Assembly: GCF_001457615.1 (NCBI RefSeq)
Contig: NZ_LN831024.1
Location: 4,140,001 to 4,172,000 of the forward strand
DNA: 32,000 bases
Direction: 5' to 3'
Source: Pseudomonas aeruginosa
GTDB lineage: Bacteria; Pseudomonadota; Gammaproteobacteria; Pseudomonadales; Pseudomonadaceae
Every line of letters begins with the position of its first letter. Position 1 is the stretch's first letter. Positions 8,791-18,255 of the stretch are shown here, piece by piece. The translations under genes were made by a program, and so were the position numbers. The notes under the pieces are model-generated. The model had not been told where the DNA came from, made no database searches, and saw only the letters and a list, made by a program, of their open reading frames with translations.

Positions 8791-9708
8791 ATGAGCAAGC
8801 ACGTCAACTGGAGCGGCGTATTCCCCGCGGTCACCACCCAATTCAACGCCGATTTCTCGGTGAACCTGGAGGAAACCCACACGGTCATCTCCAACCTGGT
8901 GCGCGACGGCGTGTCCGGGCTGGTGGTATGCGGCAGCGTCGGCGAGAACACCTCGCTGACCATCGAGGAGAAGATGGCCGTCACCGAGGTCGCCAAGGAT
9001 GCCTCCGGCGGCCGCGTGCCGGTGATCTGCGGGATCGCCGAGTTCACCAGCGCCGGCGCGGCGAAGGTGGCCAAGGCGGTGGAGCGGGTCGGCGTCGACG
9101 GCATCATGGTGATGCCGGCGCTGGTCTATTCCTCCAAGCCGCACGAGACCGCCGAGCATTTCCGCAGCGTGGCCAGCGGCACCGACCTGCCGGTGATGGT
9201 CTACAACAACCCGCCGATCTACCGGAACGACGTCACCCCGGACATCCTGGTTTCCCTGGCCGACTGCGAGAACATCGTCTGCTTCAAGGACAGCTCCGGC
9301 GACACCCGCCGCTTCATCGACGTACGCAACCAGGTGGGCGAGCGCTTCATCCTCTTCGCCGGGCTCGACGACGTGGTCCTGGAAAGCGTGGCGGTGGGTG
9401 CCCAGGGCTGGATCTCGGGAATGTCCAACGTGTTCCCGAAGGAAGGCGAGACCATCTTCCGCCTGGCCAGGGCCGGGCGCTTCGCCGAGGCGATGCCGAT
9501 CTACGAGTGGCTGATGCCGATCCTCCATCTCGACGCCCGTCCCGACCTGGTGCAGTGCATCAAGCTCTGCGAGCAACTCGCCGGTCGCGGCAGCGCCCTC
9601 ACCCGTCCACCGCGCCTGGCCCTGCGCGGCGCCGATCGCGAGCACGTCGAGCGGATCATGGCCAAGGCCCTGGCCAGCCGGCCGGCGCTGCCGGACGTCG
9701 GCTTGTAG
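8791..9708 (+). CDS. DapA/NAL superfamily protein, probable delta1-pyrroline-4-hydroxy-2-carboxylate deaminase
   Basis: GVFPAVTTQFNADFSVNLEETHTVISNLVRDGVSGLVVCGSVGENTSLTIEEK and the Schiff-base lysine motif NIVCFKDSSGD; RBS aaggag before ATG; cluster context. Confidence 0.88.
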   Translation: MSKHVNWSGVFPAVTTQFNADFSVNLEETHTVISNLVRDGVSGLVVCGSVGENTSLTIEEKMAVTEVAKDASGGRVPVICGIAEFTSAGAAKVAKAVERVGVDGIMVMPALVYSSKPHETAEHFRSVASGTDLPVMVYNNPPIYRNDVTPDILVSLADCENIVCFKDSSGDTRRFIDVRNQVGERFILFAGLDDVVLESVAVGAQGWISGMSNVFPKEGETIFRLARAGRFAEAMPIYEWLMPILHLDARPDLVQCIKLCEQLAGRGSALTRPPRLALRGADREHVERIMAKALASRPALPDVGL

Positions 9709-9800
9709 CCGGCGCCGCGCCCTCGCCGCCTCGCTCCCCGGGGAGCGGCCGGCGAGGGCCAGCGGCAGAGCATTCCGTCCACCGTCCCCAGGGAGGCCCC

Positions 9801-11381
9801 ATGCCCAGCATCCTCGGTCACAACTATGTCGGCGGCGCTCGCAGCGCCGCCGGCAACCTCATCCTGCGCAGCCTCGACGCCGACAGCGGCGAAGCGCTGC
9901 CCTACGCCTTCGTCCAGGCCACCGAGGCGGAGGTCGACGCCGCCGCCCGCGCCGCCGAACGCGCCTATCCACACTACCGGCAACTGTCCGCCACGCGCCG
10001 CGCCGGATTCCTCGAGGCGATCGCCTCGCGCCTCGACGCCCTGGGCGACGACTTCGTCGCCCTGGTCAGTCGCGAGACCGCGCTGCCCGCCGCACGCATC
10101 CAGGGCGAACGGATACGTACCGCCAACCAGTTGCGGCTGTTCGCCGAAGTCCTGCGGCGTGGCGACTTCCACGGCGCGCGCATCGACCGTGGACAACCCG
10201 GGCGTACCCCGCCGCGCCCCGACCTGCGCCAGTGGCGAATCGGTCTCGGCCCGGTGGCGGTGTTCGGTGCCAGCAACTTCCCGCTGGCCTTTTCCACCGC
10301 CGGCGGCGACAGCGCCGCCGCCCTGGCCGCCGGCTGCCCGGTGGTGGTCAAGGCACACGGCGGACACATGGCCACAGCCGAATGCGTGGCCGACGCGATC
10401 CTCCAGGCGGCGGCCGACAGCGGCATGCCGGACGGGGTATTCAACATGGTCTACGGCAGCGGCGTCGGCGAGGCGCTGGTGCGCCATCCGGCCATCCGCG
10501 CGGTCGGCTTCACCGGTTCGCTCAAGGGCGGGCGCGCACTGTGCGACCTGGCAGCGGCGCGGCCGCAGCCGATCCCGGTGTTCGCCGAGATGAGCAGCAT
10601 CAATCCGCTGGTGGTGCTCCCCGAAGCCCTGCGCCGGCGCGGCCGGCAGGTGGCGGAGGAGCTGGCCGCCTCGGTGACGCTCGGCTGCGGCCAGTTCTGC
10701 ACCAAGCCGGGCCTGGTGCTTGGCCTGCGCTCCCCCGGCTTCGACGCCTTCGTCGCGGCCCTGGGCGAGGCACTGGCCGCCAGGCCGGCACAGAGCATGC
10801 TCAACGCCGGCACCTTGCGCAGCTATGTCGAAGGACTGCAACGCCTGGAGCGCCACCCCGGCATCCGGCGCCTGGCCGGCGCGCCACAGGAAGGGCGGCA
10901 GGCCCATCCGCAGTTGTTCAAGGCCGACGTGGGCCTGTTGCTGGAAGGCGACGAACTGCTCCAGGAAGAGGTGTTCGGCCCGGCCACCGTGGTCGTCGAG
11001 GCGGCCGACGAGGAACAGCTTGCTCGCGCGCTGGACAACCTGCACGGCCAGTTGTCGGCGACCCTGATCGGCGAAGCGGACGACCTCGCGGCGTTCGCCG
11101 GGCTGGTCCCGCTGCTCGAACGCAAGGCCGGGCGCCTGCTATTCAACGGCTATCCGACCGGCGTCGAGGTGTGCGACGCCATGGTCCACGGCGGCCCCTA
11201 CCCGGCCACCTCCGACGCTCGCGGCACCTCGGTGGGAACCCTGGCCATCGAGCGTTTCCTGCGCCCGCTGTGCTACCAGGACTACCCCGACAGCCTGCTC
11301 CCGGACGCCCTGAAGAACGCCAACCCGCTGGGCCTGCTGCGCCTGGTCGATGGCCGGAGCACGCGCGAGGCGCTGGATTGA
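9801..11381 (+). CDS. Aldehyde dehydrogenase family, probable alpha-ketoglutaric semialdehyde (2,5-dioxovalerate) dehydrogenase
   Basis: 526 aa ALDH: FGASNFPLAFSTAGGDSAAALAAGCPVVVKAHGGH, VGFTGSLKGGRAL, TLGCGQFCTKPGLVL; cluster context. Confidence 0.9.
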   Translation: MPSILGHNYVGGARSAAGNLILRSLDADSGEALPYAFVQATEAEVDAAARAAERAYPHYRQLSATRRAGFLEAIASRLDALGDDFVALVSRETALPAARIQGERIRTANQLRLFAEVLRRGDFHGARIDRGQPGRTPPRPDLRQWRIGLGPVAVFGASNFPLAFSTAGGDSAAALAAGCPVVVKAHGGHMATAECVADAILQAAADSGMPDGVFNMVYGSGVGEALVRHPAIRAVGFTGSLKGGRALCDLAAARPQPIPVFAEMSSINPLVVLPEALRRRGRQVAEELAASVTLGCGQFCTKPGLVLGLRSPGFDAFVAALGEALAARPAQSMLNAGTLRSYVEGLQRLERHPGIRRLAGAPQEGRQAHPQLFKADVGLLLEGDELLQEEVFGPATVVVEAADEEQLARALDNLHGQLSATLIGEADDLAAFAGLVPLLERKAGRLLFNGYPTGVEVCDAMVHGGPYPATSDARGTSVGTLAIERFLRPLCYQDYPDSLLPDALKNANPLGLLRLVDGRSTREALD

Positions 11382-11401
11382 GCACGCCTGGGAGCCTGGA
11401 T

Positions 11402-11430
11402 GGCGGATAGCGCCGTTGGCGCTATCCGCC
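11402..11430. repeat. REP-like palindromic hairpin / bidirectional terminator between convergent genes
   Basis: GGCGGATAGCGCC-gtt-GGCGCTATCCGCC, perfect 13-bp stem with 3-nt loop, followed by ctacg; resembles the common P. aeruginosa GGCGGATAAC/G...ATCCGCCCTACG element. Confidence 0.75.
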
Positions 11431-11484
11431 CTACGCAGTCGTCCTCGTTGCGCCACGCTGTCCGGTCGGCCCCTCGCCTTGCGC

Positions 11485-12489
11485 TCACTCCAGCAACGCC
11501 AGCAGCTCCCGGTGCAACGCCTCGGGAATCGTCACACCGTCCCTGGCGCTGCGTTCGCGCGCTTCGAAGCGTCGCTGCGAGGGCAAGCGCGCGCCCTGTT
11601 CGACGATGCCTTCGAACAGCGTCTCGGCGCGCGCCAGGTGCTCCTCCGCCGAGGCGCCGAGCATGCGCCGCGGATCGATGGCGATCAGCAGTTCGCCACC
11701 GTAGGGAGAAGAACGGCTGCCCTCGTCGTAGGCCAGCGACTCGGCACTGGTCAGGTCGCCGATCAGCGGACCGGCGAGCAGTTCGACCATCGCCGCCAGG
11801 GCCGAGCCCTTGTGCCCGCCGAAAGTGAGCATGGCGCCTCGCAACGCGGCGCTGGCATCGGTGGTCGGCTCGCCCTGCTCGTCCACCCCCCAGCCCAGCG
11901 GGATTGGCTTGCCGGCGCGTTCGTGCAACTGGATCTCGCCACGCGCCACGGCGCTGGTGGCGAAGTCGAAGACGAACGGCGGGCCGTCCGGACGCGGCCA
12001 GCCAAAGGCGATCGGGTTGGTGCCGAAGATCGGCTTGCGTCCGCCCGCCGGCGCCACCCAGGCATGACTCGGCGTGGTCGCCAGGGCCACCAGGCCCGCC
12101 TCGGTGAGTGCCTCGACCTCAACCCATAGCGCGGAGAAATGCACACAGCGGTTTACCGCCATCGCCGCGATACCCTGGCTGCGGGCCTTCTCCAGCAGAT
12201 GCGGCAGCCCCAGCCGGAATGCGCACTGGGAGAACCCGCCATGGGCGTCGACCCGCAGCAGGCCGGGAGCGATGTCGTGCAGTTCCGGCTCGGCGTCGGC
12301 GGATACCTTGCCGGCCTTCAGGGTGGCGATGCAGCCGAGCAACCGCCAGATACCGTGGGACGCGCATTCGTCACGCTCCCCCGCCACCAGGGTATCGGCC
12401 ACCGCCTGTACATGGGCTTCGCTGAAAGCGTGCCGGCGCAGGATGCGCACGGCCAGCTCGCGGACCTCGTCCAGCGTCATTCGGATCAC
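11485..12489 (-). CDS. Malate/L-lactate dehydrogenase family (probable delta1-pyrroline-2-carboxylate / related cyclic imine reductase), GTG start
   Basis: 334 aa: GEDECASHGIWRLLG, FGTNPIAFGWPRPDGPPFVFDFATSAVARGEIQLHERAGKPIPLGWGVDEQGEPTTD; AAGGAG 6 bp upstream of GTG at 12489. Confidence 0.85.
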   Translation of the reverse strand: MIRMTLDEVRELAVRILRRHAFSEAHVQAVADTLVAGERDECASHGIWRLLGCIATLKAGKVSADAEPELHDIAPGLLRVDAHGGFSQCAFRLGLPHLLEKARSQGIAAMAVNRCVHFSALWVEVEALTEAGLVALATTPSHAWVAPAGGRKPIFGTNPIAFGWPRPDGPPFVFDFATSAVARGEIQLHERAGKPIPLGWGVDEQGEPTTDASAALRGAMLTFGGHKGSALAAMVELLAGPLIGDLTSAESLAYDEGSRSSPYGGELLIAIDPRRMLGASAEEHLARAETLFEGIVEQGARLPSQRRFEARERSARDGVTIPEALHRELLALLE

Positions 12490-12728
12490 GGGCTTCTCCT
12501 TGTTCGACCAATCCCTAGGGTGGCCTGCCGCGACAGCCTTCTCTTGACCTCAATCGACCCGGAGCATGCCGAAAACGGCACAACCGGCTCGAGCACATCG
12601 AAAACTTACAGAAAATTCCTATCAATCATGTAAGGCAATTCCAAATAGCCCCGCAGCCCCTCAAGAAACCCCTCCGCGCCCCGCTACAGGGCCAAGCACC
12701 TTCCCACAGCCCGGTCGGAGACCACCCC

Positions 12729-14354
12729 ATGCTTCTTCGTCGTATCGCCATCACCCCACGCGCCGTCATCGGCTTCGCCATCCTCGCCTCGCTGCTGGTG
12801 GCGCTCGGCCTCTTCGCGCACAACCGCATGGGTTCGCTGAACCGCGCCGCCAAGGATATCGGCGAGGTCTGGCTGCCCAGCGTCGAAGCCTCGGCCCAGC
12901 TCAGCGGCCTGATGAGCGAACTGCGCCTCGGCGAGATGAACCACGTGCTGCTGCACGACGCCACGCGCATGCGCCAGCAGGAACAACGGATGGACGAGGT
13001 CATCGCTACCCTCGCCAGGGTGGAAAGGGAATACCGCCCCTTGCTGGTCCTGGACGAGGAGCGCGCGTTGCTCGACCAGTTCGTCCAGCGCCAGCAGGAA
13101 TACCTCGAAGGACACGCCGCCCTGCTCGCGCTGTCCCGTGACAACCGTACCGACGAAGCCAGCGTGCTGATGGGCGGGGCCCAGTTGCAGCGCTACGAGC
13201 AGGTGCAGCGGACCCTGAAGCAACTCATCGCCCTCGACCGCGAGGCCGCCCGCGCCTCCACCGCCGAAGCCGCCGATGTCTACTCCCGGGCCTCCACCGC
13301 GATCCTCGCGGTGCTGCTGGTGGCCCTGGCGGCCAGCGTGACGATCGCCTGGCTGCTGACCCGCAGCATCGTCGTGCCGATCCGCCAGGCGGTGTCCTGC
13401 GCCGACCGCATCGCGGCCCGCGACCTGACCGGCGAGATCGCCAGCGACGGCGACGACGAGCCGGCGCAACTGATGAAGGCCATGCGCAGCATGCAGGCCA
13501 GCCTGCACGACACCATCGAGCAGATCGGCGATTCCGCCGCGCTGCTGGCCGCCGCTGCCGAGCAACTGAACGCGGTGACCGAGGAAGGCAACCGGTCGCT
13601 GGCCCGGCAGAACGATGAGATCGAGATGGCCGCCACCGCGGTCAACGAAATGAGCGCGGCGGTCGAGGAGGTCGCGCGCAACGCCAGCTCCACCGCCGAG
13701 GCCTCCAGTCTCTCGGAACGGGCCGCCGGCAACGGCCGCGCACGGGTCGGACAGACCGTCCGCTCAATCCGCCAGATGAACACCGAGATCGGCCAGACCG
13801 CGCGCCTGGTGGAGGGCCTGGCCAGCCAGGCGCAGGACATCGGCAAGGTGCTCGACGTGATCCGCGCCATCGCCGAGCAGACCAACCTCCTCGCCCTCAA
13901 TGCCGCCATCGAGGCCGCCCGCGCCGGCGAGCAGGGCCGCGGATTCGCGGTGGTCGCCGACGAAGTGCGCGCCCTCGCCCACCGCACCCAGCAATCGACC
14001 CATGAGATCGAAGGCATGATCGCCAGCGTCCGCGAGGGCACCGACACCGCGGTGTCCGCGATGCGCGAGAACGACCAGCGCGCCCGGCAGATGCTCGACG
14101 AGGCCGAGGCCGCCGACCACGCCCTGGGCGAGATCGCCGAGCACGCCACGCGGATCAACGAGCGCACCCTGGTGATCGCCAGCGCTGCCGAGGAGCAGGC
14201 CCACGTCGCCCGCGAGGTCGATCGCAACCTGGTGAACATCCGCGACGTTGCCGTGCAGACCACCCAGGGCGCCGAGCAGACCCGCGGCGCCAGCCACGAG
14301 CTGTCGCGCCTGGCCAACGACCTCAAGGGTATGATCGGTCGCTTCGTGGTCTGA
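12729..14354 (+). CDS. Methyl-accepting chemotaxis transducer
   Basis: TM-4HB-TM-HAMP layout; conserved hairpin tip VIRAIAEQTNLLALNAAIEAARAGEQGRGFAVVADEVRALAHRTQQST. Confidence 0.95.
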   Translation: MLLRRIAITPRAVIGFAILASLLVALGLFAHNRMGSLNRAAKDIGEVWLPSVEASAQLSGLMSELRLGEMNHVLLHDATRMRQQEQRMDEVIATLARVEREYRPLLVLDEERALLDQFVQRQQEYLEGHAALLALSRDNRTDEASVLMGGAQLQRYEQVQRTLKQLIALDREAARASTAEAADVYSRASTAILAVLLVALAASVTIAWLLTRSIVVPIRQAVSCADRIAARDLTGEIASDGDDEPAQLMKAMRSMQASLHDTIEQIGDSAALLAAAAEQLNAVTEEGNRSLARQNDEIEMAATAVNEMSAAVEEVARNASSTAEASSLSERAAGNGRARVGQTVRSIRQMNTEIGQTARLVEGLASQAQDIGKVLDVIRAIAEQTNLLALNAAIEAARAGEQGRGFAVVADEVRALAHRTQQSTHEIEGMIASVREGTDTAVSAMRENDQRARQMLDEAEAADHALGEIAEHATRINERTLVIASAAEEQAHVAREVDRNLVNIRDVAVQTTQGAEQTRGASHELSRLANDLKGMIGRFVV

Positions 14355-14366
14355 CCCGCAGGCGAG

Positions 14367-14762
14367 CTAGGGCGTCGCGCGGCGCAGCACCAACTGCCCG
14401 CCGTCGCCCTTCTGCACCCGGTAGTCGCCCTCGCCCTGGCGACCGAGGAGCATCAGGGTCAGGCCGCCGCGTTCGAGCAGCGCGATCCCGGCCGGGGTAG
14501 GCCTCCAGGCGCGCGGCTCGCTGGGCAGCCAGCGCGTGAGGCAGGCGGTATCGCCGCCCAGGTCGTAGCCACTGGCTTCCGCCACTTCGCTGTCGCGCAG
14601 CTCCAGGTGGCAGATCGCGGGCGCCTCGTCCTGCTGCAGGGTCCATTGCCCGGCGAGATCGGAAGCGCTGAGAAGAATCAGACTGCTGGCCATACTGATA
14701 CCTGTGCTGAAAAAACCGCAGAGCAAGCAAACCATCCTGGAGAGCTTCGCGCTTGCCGACAT
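14367..14762 (-). CDS. aprI: Alkaline protease inhibitor AprI
   Basis: 131 aa MSASAKLSRMVCLLCGFFSTGISMASSLILLSASDLAGQWTLQQDEAPAICHLEL..., signal peptide, immediately downstream of aprA. Confidence 0.95.
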   Translation of the reverse strand: MSASAKLSRMVCLLCGFFSTGISMASSLILLSASDLAGQWTLQQDEAPAICHLELRDSEVAEASGYDLGGDTACLTRWLPSEPRAWRPTPAGIALLERGGLTLMLLGRQGEGDYRVQKGDGGQLVLRRATP

Positions 14763-15008
14763 CGAGAGATCTCCTTCAAGCCTGGAACATCGGATAACAC
14801 GGCGAACGCCGCCCGCCATCCTCGCTTCGAACGCCATCGCGCGCCAGGCGCCGCGGGCCTCCGTTCGTCCGCCGGGCCGCCGGCCCACGGGCGCGCCACA
14901 GTTCACAACTTCGCTCCTGTGGAAGACACCTATCAATTCGAACAGTGCCCGGCCGGCCGAAGGGCCGCGGTTCGTACCGCCGCACCGAACCGCGCCCGTG
15001 TCAGCGCG

Positions 15009-16448
15009 TCAGACGACGATGTCGGCCTGGGTCGCCTGGCCGATCAGATTGATCGCGAAATCGGCATGGGCGTCCCCGCTGAAGTCGATCGCCAGGCTGC
15101 CGGCCTTGCTCGCCGCGTCGTAGGACAGGATCGCCTGGCCGGCCTTGCCGGCGAAGGCGTCGACGTATTGCAGCACCAGCCCGCCGTTGACGAAGGCATC
15201 CAGCCCGGACAGGTCGATCTTGTCCTGGCCGCTGACGAAGTCGCGCAGGGTATCCGGCGCCGCCGCGGAGGACTCGGCGATATCGCCGTAGACGAAGGTG
15301 TCGGCCCCCGCGCCGCCCCACAACTGGTCCGCGCCGAGGCCGCCGTAGAGGATGTCGTTGCCGGCGCCGCCCTTGAGCACGTTGGCCACGTCGTTGCCGA
15401 TCAACAGGTCGCTACCCGAGCCGCCGATGGCGTTTTCCACGGTGACCCCGGCAGCGATCGACACATTGCCCTTCAACCCGCCGACATCGGACAGCGCCTT
15501 CTCGTTGAGGTTGATCTTCTGGTTCTGGCTGAAGCCGGAGAAGTCCAGGGTGTCGTTGCCGCCGGCGTCCCACACCGAGAACACCAGCTTGGAACTGGAC
15601 GAGGTGGCGCTGTAGAAGTCGCGCTCGGTGTTGGAGTTGAAGCCGTACACCGTGTCGCCGGTGCGGGTGGTCAGGTTGGCCCCGTAGAGCTTCTGGATCG
15701 CCGCGATGTCGTCCAGCAGCGGTGCCGAGGAATAGGCGCCCTTGAAGTCCTGGCCGGTGTTCTGCTCTTCCCAGTAGCTCATCACCGAATAGGCGCGGGT
15801 GTCCTCGGCGTAGGTAGCGTCGGCGTAGGTGGGATCGCCCTCGCCGGCGTTGTAGTCGCCGGGGTGGCTCAGGCCCAGGGTATGGCCGATCTCGTGGGTC
15901 AGGGTCTGGCGTCCGTAGTTGCCGTTGGCCGGATTGACGTTGGCGCTGTAGCTGCTGTTGATCAGGTACCAGGATTGCCCCTTGAGCGCATCCGGTACAT
16001 CCGGCAGGAAGGCGAACGCCGCACCGCCGACACTACTGCTGAAGTTGCCGAAGGTCAGGTCGCCCTGATCGCCCTGGCCGGCGTCGACGAAGTGGATATT
16101 GGTGACGTCCGACCAGGATTGCAGCGACAACTTGGCCTGGGCCTGCTGCTGCGCGGAAAAGGCGCTGAACTTGCCCAGCGAGTAGATATCGCTGACATAC
16201 TTCCACGGCGTATTGAAGAAGTCGTTCGGTTTGGTCAGGAACGAATAGGACAGGGTCAGCACCGAGTCGCCCGGCGCTTTCTGCCAAGACGCCTGTTCGC
16301 GGAGGATCTGCTCCGCCGCCTGGTCGACGGTATAGGACGGATGGCCATTGACCAATTCGTCCCCGCCCCGCGCATAGGCATGCAGGAAGTTGTCTACCTG
16401 GGTATACGCATCGCTACGACCTTTCAATGCAAGAGAATTGCTGGACAT
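15009..16448 (-). CDS. aprA: Alkaline metalloproteinase (aeruginolysin) AprA
   Basis: 479 aa from [15 protein letters not shown]; zinc site [14 protein letters not shown], Met-turn SVMSYW, RTX repeats [43 protein letters not shown]-terminal DIVV-type secretion signal. Confidence 0.98.
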
Positions 16449-16806
16449 TGTCATATCCCTTTAAGTTGTAAAGGAAATAACTCGGATACAATTATCGGAT
16501 GGATAATTGCAGTTATCGGCCAGATCAGGCCGAAGTCCAAACTGACACAGCTCATTTTCCAATGTCCACAGGTTTCATGAAAAAAATTAAGCTGCACTTA
16601 AAGCATATGCACGAACGAATTCCGCATATATGAAATCATGCAGGAAAGATAAACTACCGAAGACACTGGAATATTATAAAAACCGTTTCATATAAATAGC
16701 GCCTTATTGAAAAAACAATTCCATGCGTATTGTTCGACCTCTGTCGACCCGCCCGGGACATCGACTTCACGCCAGGCGAACAATTGCCTGCACGTCCTTC
16801 GCGGTC

Positions 16807-18252
16807 TCAATTGAGCGCGCTCCGGTTTTCCTCCGTATCGGTCTTCGACAGGGTGTGCAGCGGCGCCGGGCAATCCGTCGTCGCGCAGTCGCGGCGGCGC
16901 GCCGGCGTCTCGCCGGAAACGAAGTTCGCCGCCACCAGTTCCAGGTCGGCTTCGTCCAGCACCCCGGCGTAGAAACGCAGGCGTGCCCAGGCCGTGAGGT
17001 AGTCGTACTTGGCCTTGGACAGCTCGTTCATCGCGCTGTACAGCGCCTGCTCGGCGTTCAGCAGGTCGAGGTTGACCCGCACCCCGGCGGCGATGCTCTT
17101 GCGCGTGGCCATCACCAGCGTCCGCGCCGAATCCACGGTCATCTCGTAGGCGCGGATCTTCGCCGCGCTGCTGCTGCTCTGGTTGTACATCTTGCGCACC
17201 TGGTTGAGGGTCTCGCGGACCTTGTCGTCCAGGTCGTAATGGCTCTTCTCCATGCGATGCGTGGCCTGGCGCGTCGCCGCCAGGGTCTCGCCGCCGGAGA
17301 ACAGCGGAACGCTCAACTGGATGCCGACGCTGTCGGTCTCGTAGCGCTGGTTGTAGGTGTTCTCCGAACCGGACTTGGACTTGCCGGTGCTGGCGTACAG
17401 GCCCAGGCGCGGCAGGAAGTCGGCGCGGTTCTGCTCGACCTCGTAGCGGGCCACGTCCACCGCGTGGCGCAGCGAGGCCAGCTCGGGATTCTCGGCCAGC
17501 GCCAGGTCGCGCCAGGCGGTGTAGCTGGCGGGGCTCAGCGGGCGCACCTGGAAGCGTTCGCCGAGCGGCGCCAGGTCGGCGATCTCCAGCGGCGCCCCGA
17601 CCAGCCGCTCCAGCTCGCGCAGGGCGGCATCCTGGCTGTCCCGCGCCTCGATTTCCTGGGCCTGGGCCAGGTTGAAGCGGGCCTGGGTCTCCAGGGTGTC
17701 GGTGCGGGTGCCGTTGCCGCGCTCGAACTGGCGCTGGTTGAGCTGGAACTGCTCGCGGTAGGAGCGTTTCTGCGCCCGCGCCAGTTCGATCTGGTCCTGG
17801 GCCAGCAGCGCGCCGGTATAGGCTTCCAGGACCCGGACCAGCAGTTCCTGGCTCTGGCTGCGGAAGCGCTCGTCGGACAACAGCGCCTGGGCCACGCCCT
17901 TGCGGTAGCGGCTGAAGGCCTCGTAGTCGAACAACGGCTGTTGCAGGCTGAGGGTGGAGACGTAGCTGTCGTAGTCGCGGTCTTCCTTGAAATCGCCGCG
18001 GGTGGTGGCCTGGGTCACATCGGACCAGCTGCGCCCACGGTTGTAGCTGTACACCAGGCGCGGCAGCAGCGCCGCGCGGCCGAGCGCACGGTATTGCCTG
18101 CCGGCCTCGTGCTCCTGGATCGCGGCCTGGAACTGCGGGTCGTTCTCCAGGGCCAGGTGATAGCCGTCCAGCAGGCCGAGGGCGAAGGCGTCCTCGCGCA
18201 GCAGCAACAGGAAGGCGCCGAACAGCCAGGTCATCAGGCGGCGCATGGTCAT
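16807..18252 (-). CDS. aprF: Type I secretion outer membrane protein AprF (TolC family)
   Basis: 481 aa TolC-like: DAFALGLLDGYHLALENDPQFQAAIQEHEAGRQYRALGRAALLPRLVYSYN; position in apr operon. Confidence 0.95.
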   Translation of the reverse strand: MTMRRLMTWLFGAFLLLLREDAFALGLLDGYHLALENDPQFQAAIQEHEAGRQYRALGRAALLPRLVYSYNRGRSWSDVTQATTRGDFKEDRDYDSYVSTLSLQQPLFDYEAFSRYRKGVAQALLSDERFRSQSQELLVRVLEAYTGALLAQDQIELARAQKRSYREQFQLNQRQFERGNGTRTDTLETQARFNLAQAQEIEARDSQDAALRELERLVGAPLEIADLAPLGERFQVRPLSPASYTAWRDLALAENPELASLRHAVDVARYEVEQNRADFLPRLGLYASTGKSKSGSENTYNQRYETDSVGIQLSVPLFSGGETLAATRQATHRMEKSHYDLDDKVRETLNQVRKMYNQSSSSAAKIRAYEMTVDSARTLVMATRKSIAAGVRVNLDLLNAEQALYSAMNELSKAKYDYLTAWARLRFYAGVLDEADLELVAANFVSGETPARRRDCATTDCPAPLHTLSKTDTEENRSALN

Positions 18253-18255
18253 CGG

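Noticed and set aside
9501-11045. 514-aa minus-strand ORF antisense to the ALDH gene
   Set aside because: Antisense shadow. The plus-strand frame encodes a well-conserved aldehyde dehydrogenase.
7638-11381. Single 1247-aa ORF in the track
   Set aside because: Only the part from 9801 (ALDH) is real. The upstream portion is an out-of-frame shadow of the racemase-like and DapA-like genes with arginine/alanine-rich nonsense composition.
12490-12728. Possible structured RNA between the reductase and chemotaxis genes
   Set aside because: I found no strong stem or motif by eye, and the length is normal for divergent promoters.
15352-15615. Repeat-like G/C-rich DNA in the aprA 3' half
   Set aside because: Explained by the encoded RTX nonapeptide repeats, not by an independent DNA repeat or CRISPR.
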